A stretch of DNA of 64,000 nt from Gemmatimonadales bacterium (GTDB lineage Bacteria; Gemmatimonadota; Gemmatimonadetes; Gemmatimonadales; GWC2-71-9). A program made the translations under genes and the position numbers. Positions within the stretch are counted from its first letter, which is position 1; every line of letters begins with the position of its first letter. The notes beneath the pieces are model-generated. The model searched no databases. It was not told where the DNA came from and was given only the letters and a program-made list of their open reading frames with translations. Positions 27,072-35,424 of this stretch are shown here, piece after piece. The stretch lies in contig DATAOI010000087.1 in the NCBI GenBank assembly GCA_036265815.1, positions 6,849 to 70,848 on the forward strand. The letters run 5' to 3'.

Positions 27072-27416
27072 AGGACCCTTCCCACTGGAGATCCGCCCTC
27101 GAGGGGCGGCTATGCCCGGTTGGCCGGGGTGTCTACACAACGTCTCCCCACGGCATGCATCCGTCAACGTCTCCGAGGTGCACGGCGGTGCCCCCGAGCC
27201 AGCGCCTGCTGACGGCGCAATGAGTTCTATTGCAATAAGTTACGTGGGTACTGAGGGATGGCTATCAGGCGGGGGCCGAAGTGGCCCAGGTGGTCAAACT
27301 GTCCCCGTGCGTGGGGTCACATCTCGGTCCGGCGCCGGGGGCTATCGTCTGGTTGAGGGCGCCCGTCCGGGCGCCACTTACTGGAGCTTCGCGCCTGAGC
27401 GCAGGAGAGGAAAGCC

Positions 27417-28589
27417 ATGTCCGTAGCAAGACTCATCACCACCGCCGCGGGACTCACTCTGGCCTTCGCGGCCGCGCCTGCGAGCACGCTGCATTCGCAG
27501 ACGACGCCAGCCCGGGACACATCCGCCCGGATCATCTTTGGGAAGGGCGCGCCGACCACCGCACCAGCGCAGGTGACGCTCGATTCGTTGGCGGACACCG
27601 CCTTCGTGCGTGAAGCCATCGCGGGCAATCTCCTGGAGGTGCGGCTAGGCCGGGCGGCGATGCAACGAGCCTCGAGTCCCGCCGTCAAGCAATTTGGCCA
27701 GCAGATGTTCAGAGATCACACCACCATGGGCAATCAGTGGAGCGCGCTTATCAGCAGGAACCGGCTGCCCGTCAAGGTGGCGCTGGACCCGGCCCAGGAG
27801 CAACAGGCCAGTCGGCTGGAGCGACTGTCCGGCGCGGACTTCGATCGGAACTACATGAACTCCATGATTCAGGACCACCAGCAGGATGCCCAGGCCTTCC
27901 AGAGTCAGGGGCTGTCAGCGCGTTCCGCCGATGTGCGGCAGCTTGCGTCCAGCGACCTGGCGACGATTCAACAACACCTGAGCATGGCCCAGCAGGTCGG
28001 AGCCCAGGTGGGCGCGAGCACCAACGTCGCGGTCGCACCGCAGAATCCTCAGAATACGCGGGTCACCAGTCAGAATGCTCAGGTGCATCCGCAACGAGTC
28101 ACCGGCCGCGCGGATGAGCTCAAGGCGGACCGGAAATTCGTAGAGGAGATGGGTGCGGATAACACCCTGGAGATCCGCCTTGGCCGGGCGGCGCAGCAGA
28201 AGGCCAGCAACTCCGCGGTGAAGCGGTTCGCGGACCACATGGTGGACGACTTCAGCAAGTGGCAGGATCGCTGGGCCGGCGTGGCCTCGAGAAACGGCAT
28301 GTCGCTCCAGCGGGGTATGGGATCTCAGCATCAGGAGAAGTTGGATCGGGTGCAGAAGCGGTCGGGCGCCGAGTTCGATCGGACCTATATGACGACCGTG
28401 ATCGAGCATCTCGAATCGATGGTGCCGTACTTCCAGAATGAGGGCAGGTCTGCCAATTCAAATCAGGTCCGAAGCCTGGTGGCGGACGAGCTCCCGGCGC
28501 TGCAGCAGAATCTGGCGCAGGCCCGGCGGATCGGCGATCAGGTGAAGGCCGAGACCGGCCGTTCTCGGAACGTGTCGAAGAACCGGTAG
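27417..28589 (+). CDS. Exported protein with two DUF4142 domains
   Basis: Signal peptide present. Duplicated pattern: LEVRLGRAA..A....VK.F...M..DH, plus DFDRNYMNSMIQDHQQDAQAF and EFDRTYMTTVIEHLESM. Confidence 0.8.
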   Translation: MSVARLITTAAGLTLAFAAAPASTLHSQTTPARDTSARIIFGKGAPTTAPAQVTLDSLADTAFVREAIAGNLLEVRLGRAAMQRASSPAVKQFGQQMFRDHTTMGNQWSALISRNRLPVKVALDPAQEQQASRLERLSGADFDRNYMNSMIQDHQQDAQAFQSQGLSARSADVRQLASSDLATIQQHLSMAQQVGAQVGASTNVAVAPQNPQNTRVTSQNAQVHPQRVTGRADELKADRKFVEEMGADNTLEIRLGRAAQQKASNSAVKRFADHMVDDFSKWQDRWAGVASRNGMSLQRGMGSQHQEKLDRVQKRSGAEFDRTYMTTVIEHLESMVPYFQNEGRSANSNQVRSLVADELPALQQNLAQARRIGDQVKAETGRSRNVSKNR

Positions 28590-28613
28590 CTGCAGCCGTC
28601 GTAGTTGGGATGG

Positions 28614-28657
28614 GAACGCCCAGGGGGGGCCTGAAACCCCCTGGGCGTTCTCTTGTG
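28614..28657 (+). terminator. Intrinsic terminator hairpin after the DUF4142 gene
   Basis: Perfect 14-bp stem GAACGCCCAGGGGG (28614-28627) / CCCCCTGGGCGTTC (28637-28650), followed by TCTTGTG. Confidence 0.65.
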
Positions 28658-29341
28658 AAGGGAGGCAGCGCCCAAGCGACACGCATCCTCTCCATCATTG
28701 CAGCCATCGTCTTCGCCGTCACCACGATGCTCGCGGGGTACGTGAACATCGGTCTGCCCCCGGTCGTGATCGTCGGCGGATCGAGCGTGATTGCCCTGGT
28801 GATGTGGAGCCGGACGTACCTGAGAAAGCCACTCGACCCCGCGGTCATCCTCCCGCTCTTCCTGCTGACGGTGGCGGCGCTGGAGGTCCATATGGCGGAG
28901 GAGTACCTGACCGGCTTCGGGCCGGCCATGAGCCGGCTTTTCGATATCAGCTGGACGGAGCGGTCATTCCTGATGGTGTTCGCCTTCATCGGGCCGGCGC
29001 TCTATGCGCTGACGGCGCTGGGCCTCTTCTATCGCGTGCCCCTGGCTGGCTTTCTCGCGTGGTTCATCTTCATCGGCCCCGGGGTGGCGGAGTTTACCCA
29101 CTTCATCTTTCCGATACTCCGGCCGGCGATACAGCCCGAGTTGCCGGGCACGATTTCCCAGGTAGTGTCGAACGGCGGATTCGTGGCGGGCATGCGCAAC
29201 TACTACCTGCACACCACCGGGGTGTACTACTTCCCGGGACTCTATACGGCGGTCCTGCCGATGATCCCGGGCATCTGGGCAATCCAGCGGGTGATCCGGG
29301 CGAGCCGGGAGGATCGGCTGGCGTCCCGGGCCCTGACGTGA
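28655..29341 (+). CDS. HXXEE-domain integral membrane protein
   Basis: LEVHMAEEYLTGFG is the HxxEE motif, with multiple TM helices. I moved the start to GTG 28655 because the track start at 28610 lies inside the upstream terminator hairpin. ATG 28727 is also possible. Confidence 0.6.
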   Translation: MKGGSAQATRILSIIAAIVFAVTTMLAGYVNIGLPPVVIVGGSSVIALVMWSRTYLRKPLDPAVILPLFLLTVAALEVHMAEEYLTGFGPAMSRLFDISWTERSFLMVFAFIGPALYALTALGLFYRVPLAGFLAWFIFIGPGVAEFTHFIFPILRPAIQPELPGTISQVVSNGGFVAGMRNYYLHTTGVYYFPGLYTAVLPMIPGIWAIQRVIRASREDRLASRALT

Positions 29342-29869
29342 TGCGATAGTCGGGGGTTCCCAAGCCTGGGTCGAGTTCTCCCGAGGTCCGCGGCGGCCCG
29401 GCTCGATCCTGAGGCCGTGAGGGAAGCAGCGGAGCGGGTCGCCGGCGGCCTTGGCGGCGGACTCCCTCAGCGCCCAGGCGAGCGCGGGCTGGAGCGAGGA
29501 GCATGTGCCTACATCCTCAACCAGGCGTCACGCTCGATGCCATCACGGGTGACGCGCGCCTGTCAATCGGTTACTCGGGCTTCACCGGCGATACGTCTGG
29601 CATGATTACCTGCCGCACGCTCGGCGCAGTCGAGGTCCTGGTCGACGGGGCGCCGGCTCGAGGCGCGGGGCTATTCGTTTGCGGCCCGGCTCACGCGGCT
29701 GGTGATCGCGGAGGACATGCTGTCGCCGGGGCAACGTCGACGTCTGCTGGCGGCGATGCGAGACGTGCGGTCCCCGACCCGCTGAGTCGTCCCTTGCTCT
29801 TTGGCTCGCATCGACTTACATTGTCTCATCGGCGCGAGTGCGCCGCCGATATCGGACGTGATCAGGCAG

Positions 29870-29896
29870 GGGCTGGCGTCACCGCCGGCCCTTTTT
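29870..29896 (+). terminator. Intrinsic terminator in the degenerate region upstream of csp
   Basis: 9-bp stem GGGCTGGCG / CGCCGGCCC with one G-U pair, loop TCAC, then TTTTT (29892-29896). Confidence 0.5.
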
Positions 29897-30036
29897 CATG
29901 TCAAAAGTGGTTGTCGTTCCAGGCGCAATGCTGCGCCGCGGCAGCCAAGCCCCGCGTGGAGGCGGAATCCACGTGAACCGTAGTCGGTCGTGCGGCCTGT
30001 CCCCACTCCGATTACATAAGGAACAAGGAGTAGGAC

Positions 30037-30249
30037 ATGGCACGCACTACCGGAACGGTCAAGTGGTTCAACGACGCCAAGGGCTTCGGCTTCATCACGC
30101 CCGAGGGCGGTCAGAAGGACTGCTTCGTCCACCATTCCGCGATCCAGGCTCAGGGCTTCAAGAGCCTGGCCGAGGGCGAGCGGGTCGAGTTCGACGTCGT
30201 GCAGGGTCAGAAGGGCCCCGCCGCGGAGAATGTCGTCAAGCTGACGTAA
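30037..30249 (+). CDS. Cold-shock protein (CspA family)
   Basis: [15 protein letters not shown] (RNP1) and CFVHHSAI (RNP2). The SD sequence AAGGAG lies 7 nt upstream. The upstream non-coding leader region is long. Confidence 0.95.
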   Translation: MARTTGTVKWFNDAKGFGFITPEGGQKDCFVHHSAIQAQGFKSLAEGERVEFDVVQGQKGPAAENVVKLT

Positions 30250-30275
30250 CTCGGAACCGCGATGTCGCGGTTGAC

Positions 30276-30314
30276 GGCCGGCTCGCCTCGGGCGAGCCGG
30301 CCGTTTCGTCGTTT
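30276..30314. terminator. Hairpin terminator shared by convergent csp and prolyl oligopeptidase genes
   Basis: GGCCGGCTCGC (30276-30286) / GCGAGCCGGCC (30292-30302), followed by GTTTCGTCGTTT. A smaller hairpin AACCGCGA/TCGCGGTT lies at 30255-30272. Confidence 0.6.
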
Positions 30315-32532
30315 ACGGCGTCACCGTCTTCACCGGCGTCGGCCCCATCCCGGTATGCTGGGCCACGAACGTCCAGATGTCCGCCCACTCGTCGATCCGG
30401 CGGTCCAGCGGCCGGTAACCGTGGCTGCCCTGCGCCTCGACCCGGAGGAGCACGGGATTCGCGCAGCCCGCCGCCGCTGTCTGCGCGGCCTGGAGCGTAG
30501 CCGTGAACTTGTAGGAATGGCTGGGCACCACCCGGTCGTCGTGATCGGCCGTGGTGACCAGGGTCGCGGGATAACAGATGCCTGGTTTGATGTTGTGCAG
30601 TGGAGAGTATCTGCGCAGATACTCGAAGCTGGCCGAGTCGTTCGGGGTGCCGTACTCGGCGGTCCACGCATTCCCGCCGGTGAATTGGTTGAACCGCAGC
30701 ATATCCATGACACCCACCTGCGGCACCGCCGCCGCGAACAGCTCGGGGCGCTGAGTCATTGCCGCACCCACCAGCAGCCCGCCGTTCGACCCACCGTTGA
30801 TGGCCAGCCTCTCGGGCGAGGTGTACTTCTCACGGACCAGATACTCCGCCGCCGCGATGAAGTCATCGAACACGTTCTGCTTCCGCTGGAACATTCCCGC
30901 TTGGTGCCAGCGCTCCCCGTACTCGCCGCCGCCCCGGATGTTCGGCACCGCGTAGACACCGCCCTGCTCCACCCACGCGATCACTGCCGGGCTGAAGGAG
31001 GGAGTAATGCTGATCGAGAAGCCGCCGTAGGCAGAGAGCATCGTCGGATTCTCGCCGTTCTTCACCAGGTCGCGCCGGTGGGTGACGAACATCGGGACCC
31101 GGGTGCCATCGTTGCTGGTATAGAAGACGCGCTCGGTCTCGAATCGGCCGGGGTCGAAGGTGAGCGGGGGTGGCTCGAACGGGCGGCTCGTACCGGTCTT
31201 CGCGTTGTAGAGAAACGCCGTGCTCGGCGCGAGCGGCGCGGTATAGCTGTAGAAGAGCTCGGGACGATCGAAGCGCCCGACCAGCCCGCTCGCACTGCCG
31301 AGTCCCGGCATCGGTACGTCTCGCTCGAGCGACCCCTGGAGGGAGTAGAGCCGGACGACCGCGGCCACGTCCCGCAGGGAGAGCACCGCCAGTTTCCCTG
31401 CCACGAGCGAGGCGCTCTCGATCGGCATCTCGCCGGCGGCCAGCACCGTGGTCCAGCTCTTCGGGTCGAGGGGGGCTGCCGGGAGCGAGACAATCCTGCG
31501 GTTGGGTGTGTCCTTGTCCGTCTGGAGGTACAGCCGCCCGCGCACGACGCCAAGGGGCAGGTAGTTGGCGTCCTGCCCGGTGACCACCGGCCGGATCGCC
31601 GCGCGGAGGTTCGGCCTGGCCGGATTGCCGAGGTCGGCGAGGTAGAGCTCGTTCTTGTCTGTGCCCTTGGACGTGTAAACGATAAGGAATCGGCCGGTCT
31701 CGTCCGTTCCGCCGCCCACGAACCAGGTCGGCTGGTCGGGACGCTCGTAGATCCTGAGATCCCGCGACTGCGAGCTCCCGAGCCGATGGTAATAGAGGGT
31801 CTGATGCTCGAGTTTGGCCTTCAGCTCCTCACCGGGTGGCGGGGCGGGATATCGGGAATAGAAGAAGCCCTGGTCGTCCTGGGTCCAGGACACGTCGGTG
31901 AACCTCGCCCAGCGAATGGTGTCGGCCGTGTTCTTCCCGGTCGCGAGATCGCGCACGTGGAAGGTCATCCAGTCGGCACCGCCTTCGCTCAGACCGTAGG
32001 TCACGAACCGGCCTTTGGGCGACGGGGCGAACGCGGAGAGCTGCACCGAGCCATCGGGCGACAGCTCATTGGGATCGATCACCACCCGCGCCGCCCCTTG
32101 GAGCGTCGAACGGGAGTACCACACGTTCTGCCGCTGGAGTCCCGAGTTCCTGGTGTAGAACCAGCGGCCGCCTTGCCAGAACGGCACGCCGGTCCGGGGA
32201 AAGTTGAAGAGCGCGGTGAGCCGCTGCTTCAGCGCATCGCGGCCCGGCAGGGCGGCCAGGTACGGCATGGTCACCGCGTTCTGCGCTTTGATCCAGGCGG
32301 CAACGTCGGCGCTGTCGATCGACTCCAGCCATCGGTACGGATCGGCGATGCGGGTGCCGTGGAAGTCGGCGACGGTGTCGACGGTGCGGGTCGGGGGATA
32401 GTGCAGCGGCGCCGGCTGTTGGCCGGCGGCGAACGTCAGCGGAACGAGGAGTGCGGTGGCGAGAGCGGCGGCGAGCGCCCGAATCGCGACTCGCCGGCGG
32501 GCGGGCGTCATTGGCACCTCATGGTCGATCAA
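30313..32532 (-). CDS. Prolyl oligopeptidase (S9A family), exported
   Basis: TRIADPYRWLE, the nucleophile box GGSNGGLLVGA, and ADHDDRV. The probable start is MTPARRRVAIRALAAALA at 32511. Confidence 0.9.
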   Translation of the reverse strand: MIDHEVPMTPARRRVAIRALAAALATALLVPLTFAAGQQPAPLHYPPTRTVDTVADFHGTRIADPYRWLESIDSADVAAWIKAQNAVTMPYLAALPGRDALKQRLTALFNFPRTGVPFWQGGRWFYTRNSGLQRQNVWYSRSTLQGAARVVIDPNELSPDGSVQLSAFAPSPKGRFVTYGLSEGGADWMTFHVRDLATGKNTADTIRWARFTDVSWTQDDQGFFYSRYPAPPPGEELKAKLEHQTLYYHRLGSSQSRDLRIYERPDQPTWFVGGGTDETGRFLIVYTSKGTDKNELYLADLGNPARPNLRAAIRPVVTGQDANYLPLGVVRGRLYLQTDKDTPNRRIVSLPAAPLDPKSWTTVLAAGEMPIESASLVAGKLAVLSLRDVAAVVRLYSLQGSLERDVPMPGLGSASGLVGRFDRPELFYSYTAPLAPSTAFLYNAKTGTSRPFEPPPLTFDPGRFETERVFYTSNDGTRVPMFVTHRRDLVKNGENPTMLSAYGGFSISITPSFSPAVIAWVEQGGVYAVPNIRGGGEYGERWHQAGMFQRKQNVFDDFIAAAEYLVREKYTSPERLAINGGSNGGLLVGAAMTQRPELFAAAVPQVGVMDMLRFNQFTGGNAWTAEYGTPNDSASFEYLRRYSPLHNIKPGICYPATLVTTADHDDRVVPSHSYKFTATLQAAQTAAAGCANPVLLRVEAQGSHGYRPLDRRIDEWADIWTFVAQHTGMGPTPVKTVTP

Positions 32533-32616
32533 GCGGAACGCGAGCGCAGGCGGGGGGAAGGCCCGGATAGCATAGCCCGGGGTCTCTCGACCGTCAACCG
32601 CGGCGGTGCTTCAGGA

Positions 32617-32976
32617 CTACGGCGTCCTGCTGGCGGAAGCCGCGCGCTCGATTTCGCCCGTGAGCCTCGCCTGATAGTTCGCCGCCTCCGCCTGCTTGCC
32701 CCAGCCTCGATACAAGGCCACGAGGTCGTGGAGCGTGTGTTCCCTCAGGGTCCGGTGATACCAGTTGGTGGCGGCAGCGAGGGTCCGGTAGCTCTCGACC
32801 AGGAGTTTTTCCGCCTCGGGGTGCCTTCCGAGCGCCATTAAGCACAGGCCGAGTGTCCGTTGTGCCCTCGCGGTACGGCGGTCGCCTGGCCCAAGCTTCT
32901 CGACCCGTCGGGCGAGCGCCTGCCGCAGGAGTGGCTCGGGCGATAGCGGCGGAGCCCACATACAGGGCGGCCCCAT
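32617..32976 (-). CDS. Small TPR-like ORF, possibly the C-terminal remnant of a larger TPR protein
   Basis: LLRQALARRVEKLGPGDRRTARAQRTLGLCLMALGRHPEAEKLLVESYRTL...LVALYRGWGKQAEAANYQARL has TPR character. Only about 119 aa are available between the GDE stop/hairpin and the stop at 32617. Confidence 0.3.
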   Translation of the reverse strand: MGPPCMWAPPLSPEPLLRQALARRVEKLGPGDRRTARAQRTLGLCLMALGRHPEAEKLLVESYRTLAAATNWYHRTLREHTLHDLVALYRGWGKQAEAANYQARLTGEIERAASASRTP

Positions 32977-33010
32977 ACAAGAGCGCAGGCCGCGATGTCG
33001 AGTACTCCGA

Positions 33011-33036
33011 GGGCTGGCTCTCCGCCAGCCCTTTTT
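33011..33036. terminator. GC hairpin abutting the stop codon of the debranching-enzyme gene
   Basis: GGGCTGGC (33011-33018) / GCCAGCCC (33024-33031). TTTTT follows on the + strand, which reads as an A-tract before the stem on the - strand. Confidence 0.45.
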
Positions 33037-33038
33037 CC

Positions 33039-35285
33039 TCAGGGGAGCACGCTGTCGACCAGGGCCCGGAATCGATCCCCGAGGCCCGCCGACAGCGATT
33101 CGGGTGGCGGTTGGCGGACCAGGCGCAGCGGCCCTCGTTTGCGGACCACTTCGGCATCGGTATAGCCATCTTCCCGCCGCCAAAAGCGCAACGTCGCACG
33201 GGTCTCGCCTAAGCGGAGACCTTCGAGGGTCACCTCGGGCAGCCAGTCCGGGAGCATCGGGTCGATCGCCAGCAGATGCAGGGGCGCCACCGGCTGGAGA
33301 CCGAGGATCGTCTGCAGCAGCAGCGGGAGCGCGCTCTGATTCCACGCCTGGGGAGCGTTGGCCCTGGGGTAGGCCCCGGGATGGGGGAACTCGGATCGCG
33401 CGTAGCCGCCCACGCACTCCGGCACGCGATAGCCCTCGTACAGCATGGCCAGGTCCACCATCGCCTCGAACAGGTCCAGCGTTCTCGCGTCCAGTCCGTA
33501 CCGTCTGAGCCCGAACGCCATCGTCCCGTTCTCGACCGTCCAGATGCTGCCCAGATGGTAGCTGATCGGGTTGTAGGAGGGATGCTCGCTCGAGAGCGTG
33601 CGGATGCCCCAGCCGCTGAACATATCCGGGGCGAAGAGCCTGCCCACGACGGGGGGAACGTGCTCGTCGGCGATGATCCCCGCGGCCAGGCAGTGACCCA
33701 CGTTGGAGGTGATGCTTCGTGCGGGACGCTTCTCGGGGTCGAGCGCGAGCGCGAAGAACCGTTCGTCCGGCATCCACCAGTCGCGGTTGAATCGCTCCTT
33801 GAGGGACTGGGCCGACGCCCAGTGGGCCTTCGCCTCGCCCACCTGCCCGAGCGCCGCGGCCAGTACCGCGGTGAGCTGTTGAGCCGCGAACCAGTACCCC
33901 TGGATCTCGCAGGTCGCGATCGGCGCCGGTACCTGGCGTCCATCCTCGTAGACGATTCCGTTGCCGCTGTCCTTCCATCCCTGGTTCTTGGGCCCGTCCT
34001 TCGCGTGCGTCTGGTACTCGAGATAGCCGTCGCCGTCACGATCGCCGTACTCCCGCGCCCAGTCGAGGATCCGCCGAGCGGCGTCCCAGTGACGACGGAC
34101 CGGTCGCACGTCCCCGGTCCAGGCATAGAGCTGCGCCAGCGAGATGACGAACATGAACGGACTGGCGAAGTCCGCGTAGTATCGGGCGAACGAGTTCATC
34201 CCCAGCCTGGCCAGCGGCCCCCGGCGCACCGAGTGAATGATCCGGCCCGGCTCCTCGTCGCGCTCGGGCACCACCGCGGTGCCCTGGAGCTCGGCCAGAC
34301 GGACCAGGGTCGCCGCGAGCAGCTCGCCGCGGTCCAGCACGGTCGCCTGCCAGGTGGAGGTGAGAGAATCCCGTCCGAACAGCGCCGGATACAGTGGAGC
34401 ACCGGCCGCGGGTGCGAGCCAGCCCTCCGTGGTTCCCTCCAGCAGTGCGAAGGAGCCCAGGTCGTCCATCGCCCGCTGTACCATGTCGCCGAAGGGGAGC
34501 CGGCCGTTGGTGTGCACCCGCGTCACCCGGGAGCGCCATTCGGTCATCACCCGCTCTCGCGCGGCGAGCCCCGCCACATCCGGCAGGTCTTCATCTCCCA
34601 GAGCGGTCACCCGGAGGCGTACGGTCCTGCCCTCGCCGCGCTGGAGAACCAACGAGGTCACCAGCCGATCGCTCTCGGCCCGCCAGCTCGCCCCATCGGC
34701 TTCGGCGCTCGTCTCCAGCGGCAGACCGGGCTGCTGGTAGCGAAACCGGAGCCGCTCTGCTTCGGCCAGGCGCTCGACGCCCGCTTGCTGCTGCCGAGCT
34801 CCCGCGTCCGCCTCGAGCAGGTCCGCGTAGTCGGCGTCGAGACACCACGCGAGCTCCAGCGCCGCGCGCTCGGCCCAGCGATTGGTGATCGTGAGCTCCA
34901 CCTCCAGAGCGTAGAAGCCCACCCGGTAGAGCGTGATCAGGTCGATCGCCCGCCGGGGCAGGCCCCGGGCGTCACGGGGAAGCTCGTCCCCCGCGGTCCC
35001 GCTCCCGCCGCCGCTGCCGCCGGCGAGCTCAGGGTATGCATAGGTGAATGCCAGCTCGTTCTGCCTCCCGGCCCCCACCGCGCATAACCAGGGCGCCTCT
35101 CCGTTCAGCTCGAGACGGAGGCGGCTCAGGTACCGTGTCTCGCGAAAGTAGAATCCGGACAGCACCGGCTCCTCACCTCCGCCGCACTCTCCCCGGTGGT
35201 CGGTGATGAGCAGCGCGGGGCCTTGCCAGGCGTAGCGCTCGCCGGGCCGGATCTCGACTTGTCGTGTGACGTGGTCCGCTCGCAT
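33039..35285 (-). CDS. Amylo-alpha-1,6-glucosidase / glycogen debranching enzyme family (GDE_N + GDE_C)
   Basis: FGRDSLTSTWQATVLD, DGDGYLEYQTHAKDGPKNQGWKDSGNGI, ATCEIQGYWFAAQ and SYHLGSIWTVENG. Confidence 0.85.
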   Translation of the reverse strand: MRADHVTRQVEIRPGERYAWQGPALLITDHRGECGGGEEPVLSGFYFRETRYLSRLRLELNGEAPWLCAVGAGRQNELAFTYAYPELAGGSGGGSGTAGDELPRDARGLPRRAIDLITLYRVGFYALEVELTITNRWAERAALELAWCLDADYADLLEADAGARQQQAGVERLAEAERLRFRYQQPGLPLETSAEADGASWRAESDRLVTSLVLQRGEGRTVRLRVTALGDEDLPDVAGLAARERVMTEWRSRVTRVHTNGRLPFGDMVQRAMDDLGSFALLEGTTEGWLAPAAGAPLYPALFGRDSLTSTWQATVLDRGELLAATLVRLAELQGTAVVPERDEEPGRIIHSVRRGPLARLGMNSFARYYADFASPFMFVISLAQLYAWTGDVRPVRRHWDAARRILDWAREYGDRDGDGYLEYQTHAKDGPKNQGWKDSGNGIVYEDGRQVPAPIATCEIQGYWFAAQQLTAVLAAALGQVGEAKAHWASAQSLKERFNRDWWMPDERFFALALDPEKRPARSITSNVGHCLAAGIIADEHVPPVVGRLFAPDMFSGWGIRTLSSEHPSYNPISYHLGSIWTVENGTMAFGLRRYGLDARTLDLFEAMVDLAMLYEGYRVPECVGGYARSEFPHPGAYPRANAPQAWNQSALPLLLQTILGLQPVAPLHLLAIDPMLPDWLPEVTLEGLRLGETRATLRFWRREDGYTDAEVVRKRGPLRLVRQPPPESLSAGLGDRFRALVDSVLP

Positions 35286-35424
35286 CGAACCGCTCCCGCG
35301 GGTGTGAGCCAGGAAGTTCGCAGGCTCGCGCCGGTCGGCGGGTGAGACGCGTCACACTGTGTCGACGCGGGTGGACCACCGCCTATTCCCCTCTGCCGGC
35401 GTCGGACGTACACTTTCGCGCACG

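Noticed and set aside
25080-27212. 710-aa + strand ORF, plus the 23061..24893 (+) and 24721..26328 (-) ORFs
   Set aside because: All are antisense or alternate frames of the 1184-aa gene and the TlpA gene, and all have Arg/Pro/Gly-dominated composition.
30262-32841. 859-aa + strand ORF
   Set aside because: It is antisense to the prolyl oligopeptidase gene, which has the GGSNGG catalytic box. Its translation is Arg/Gly-rich with no motifs, and it runs through the csp terminator hairpin.
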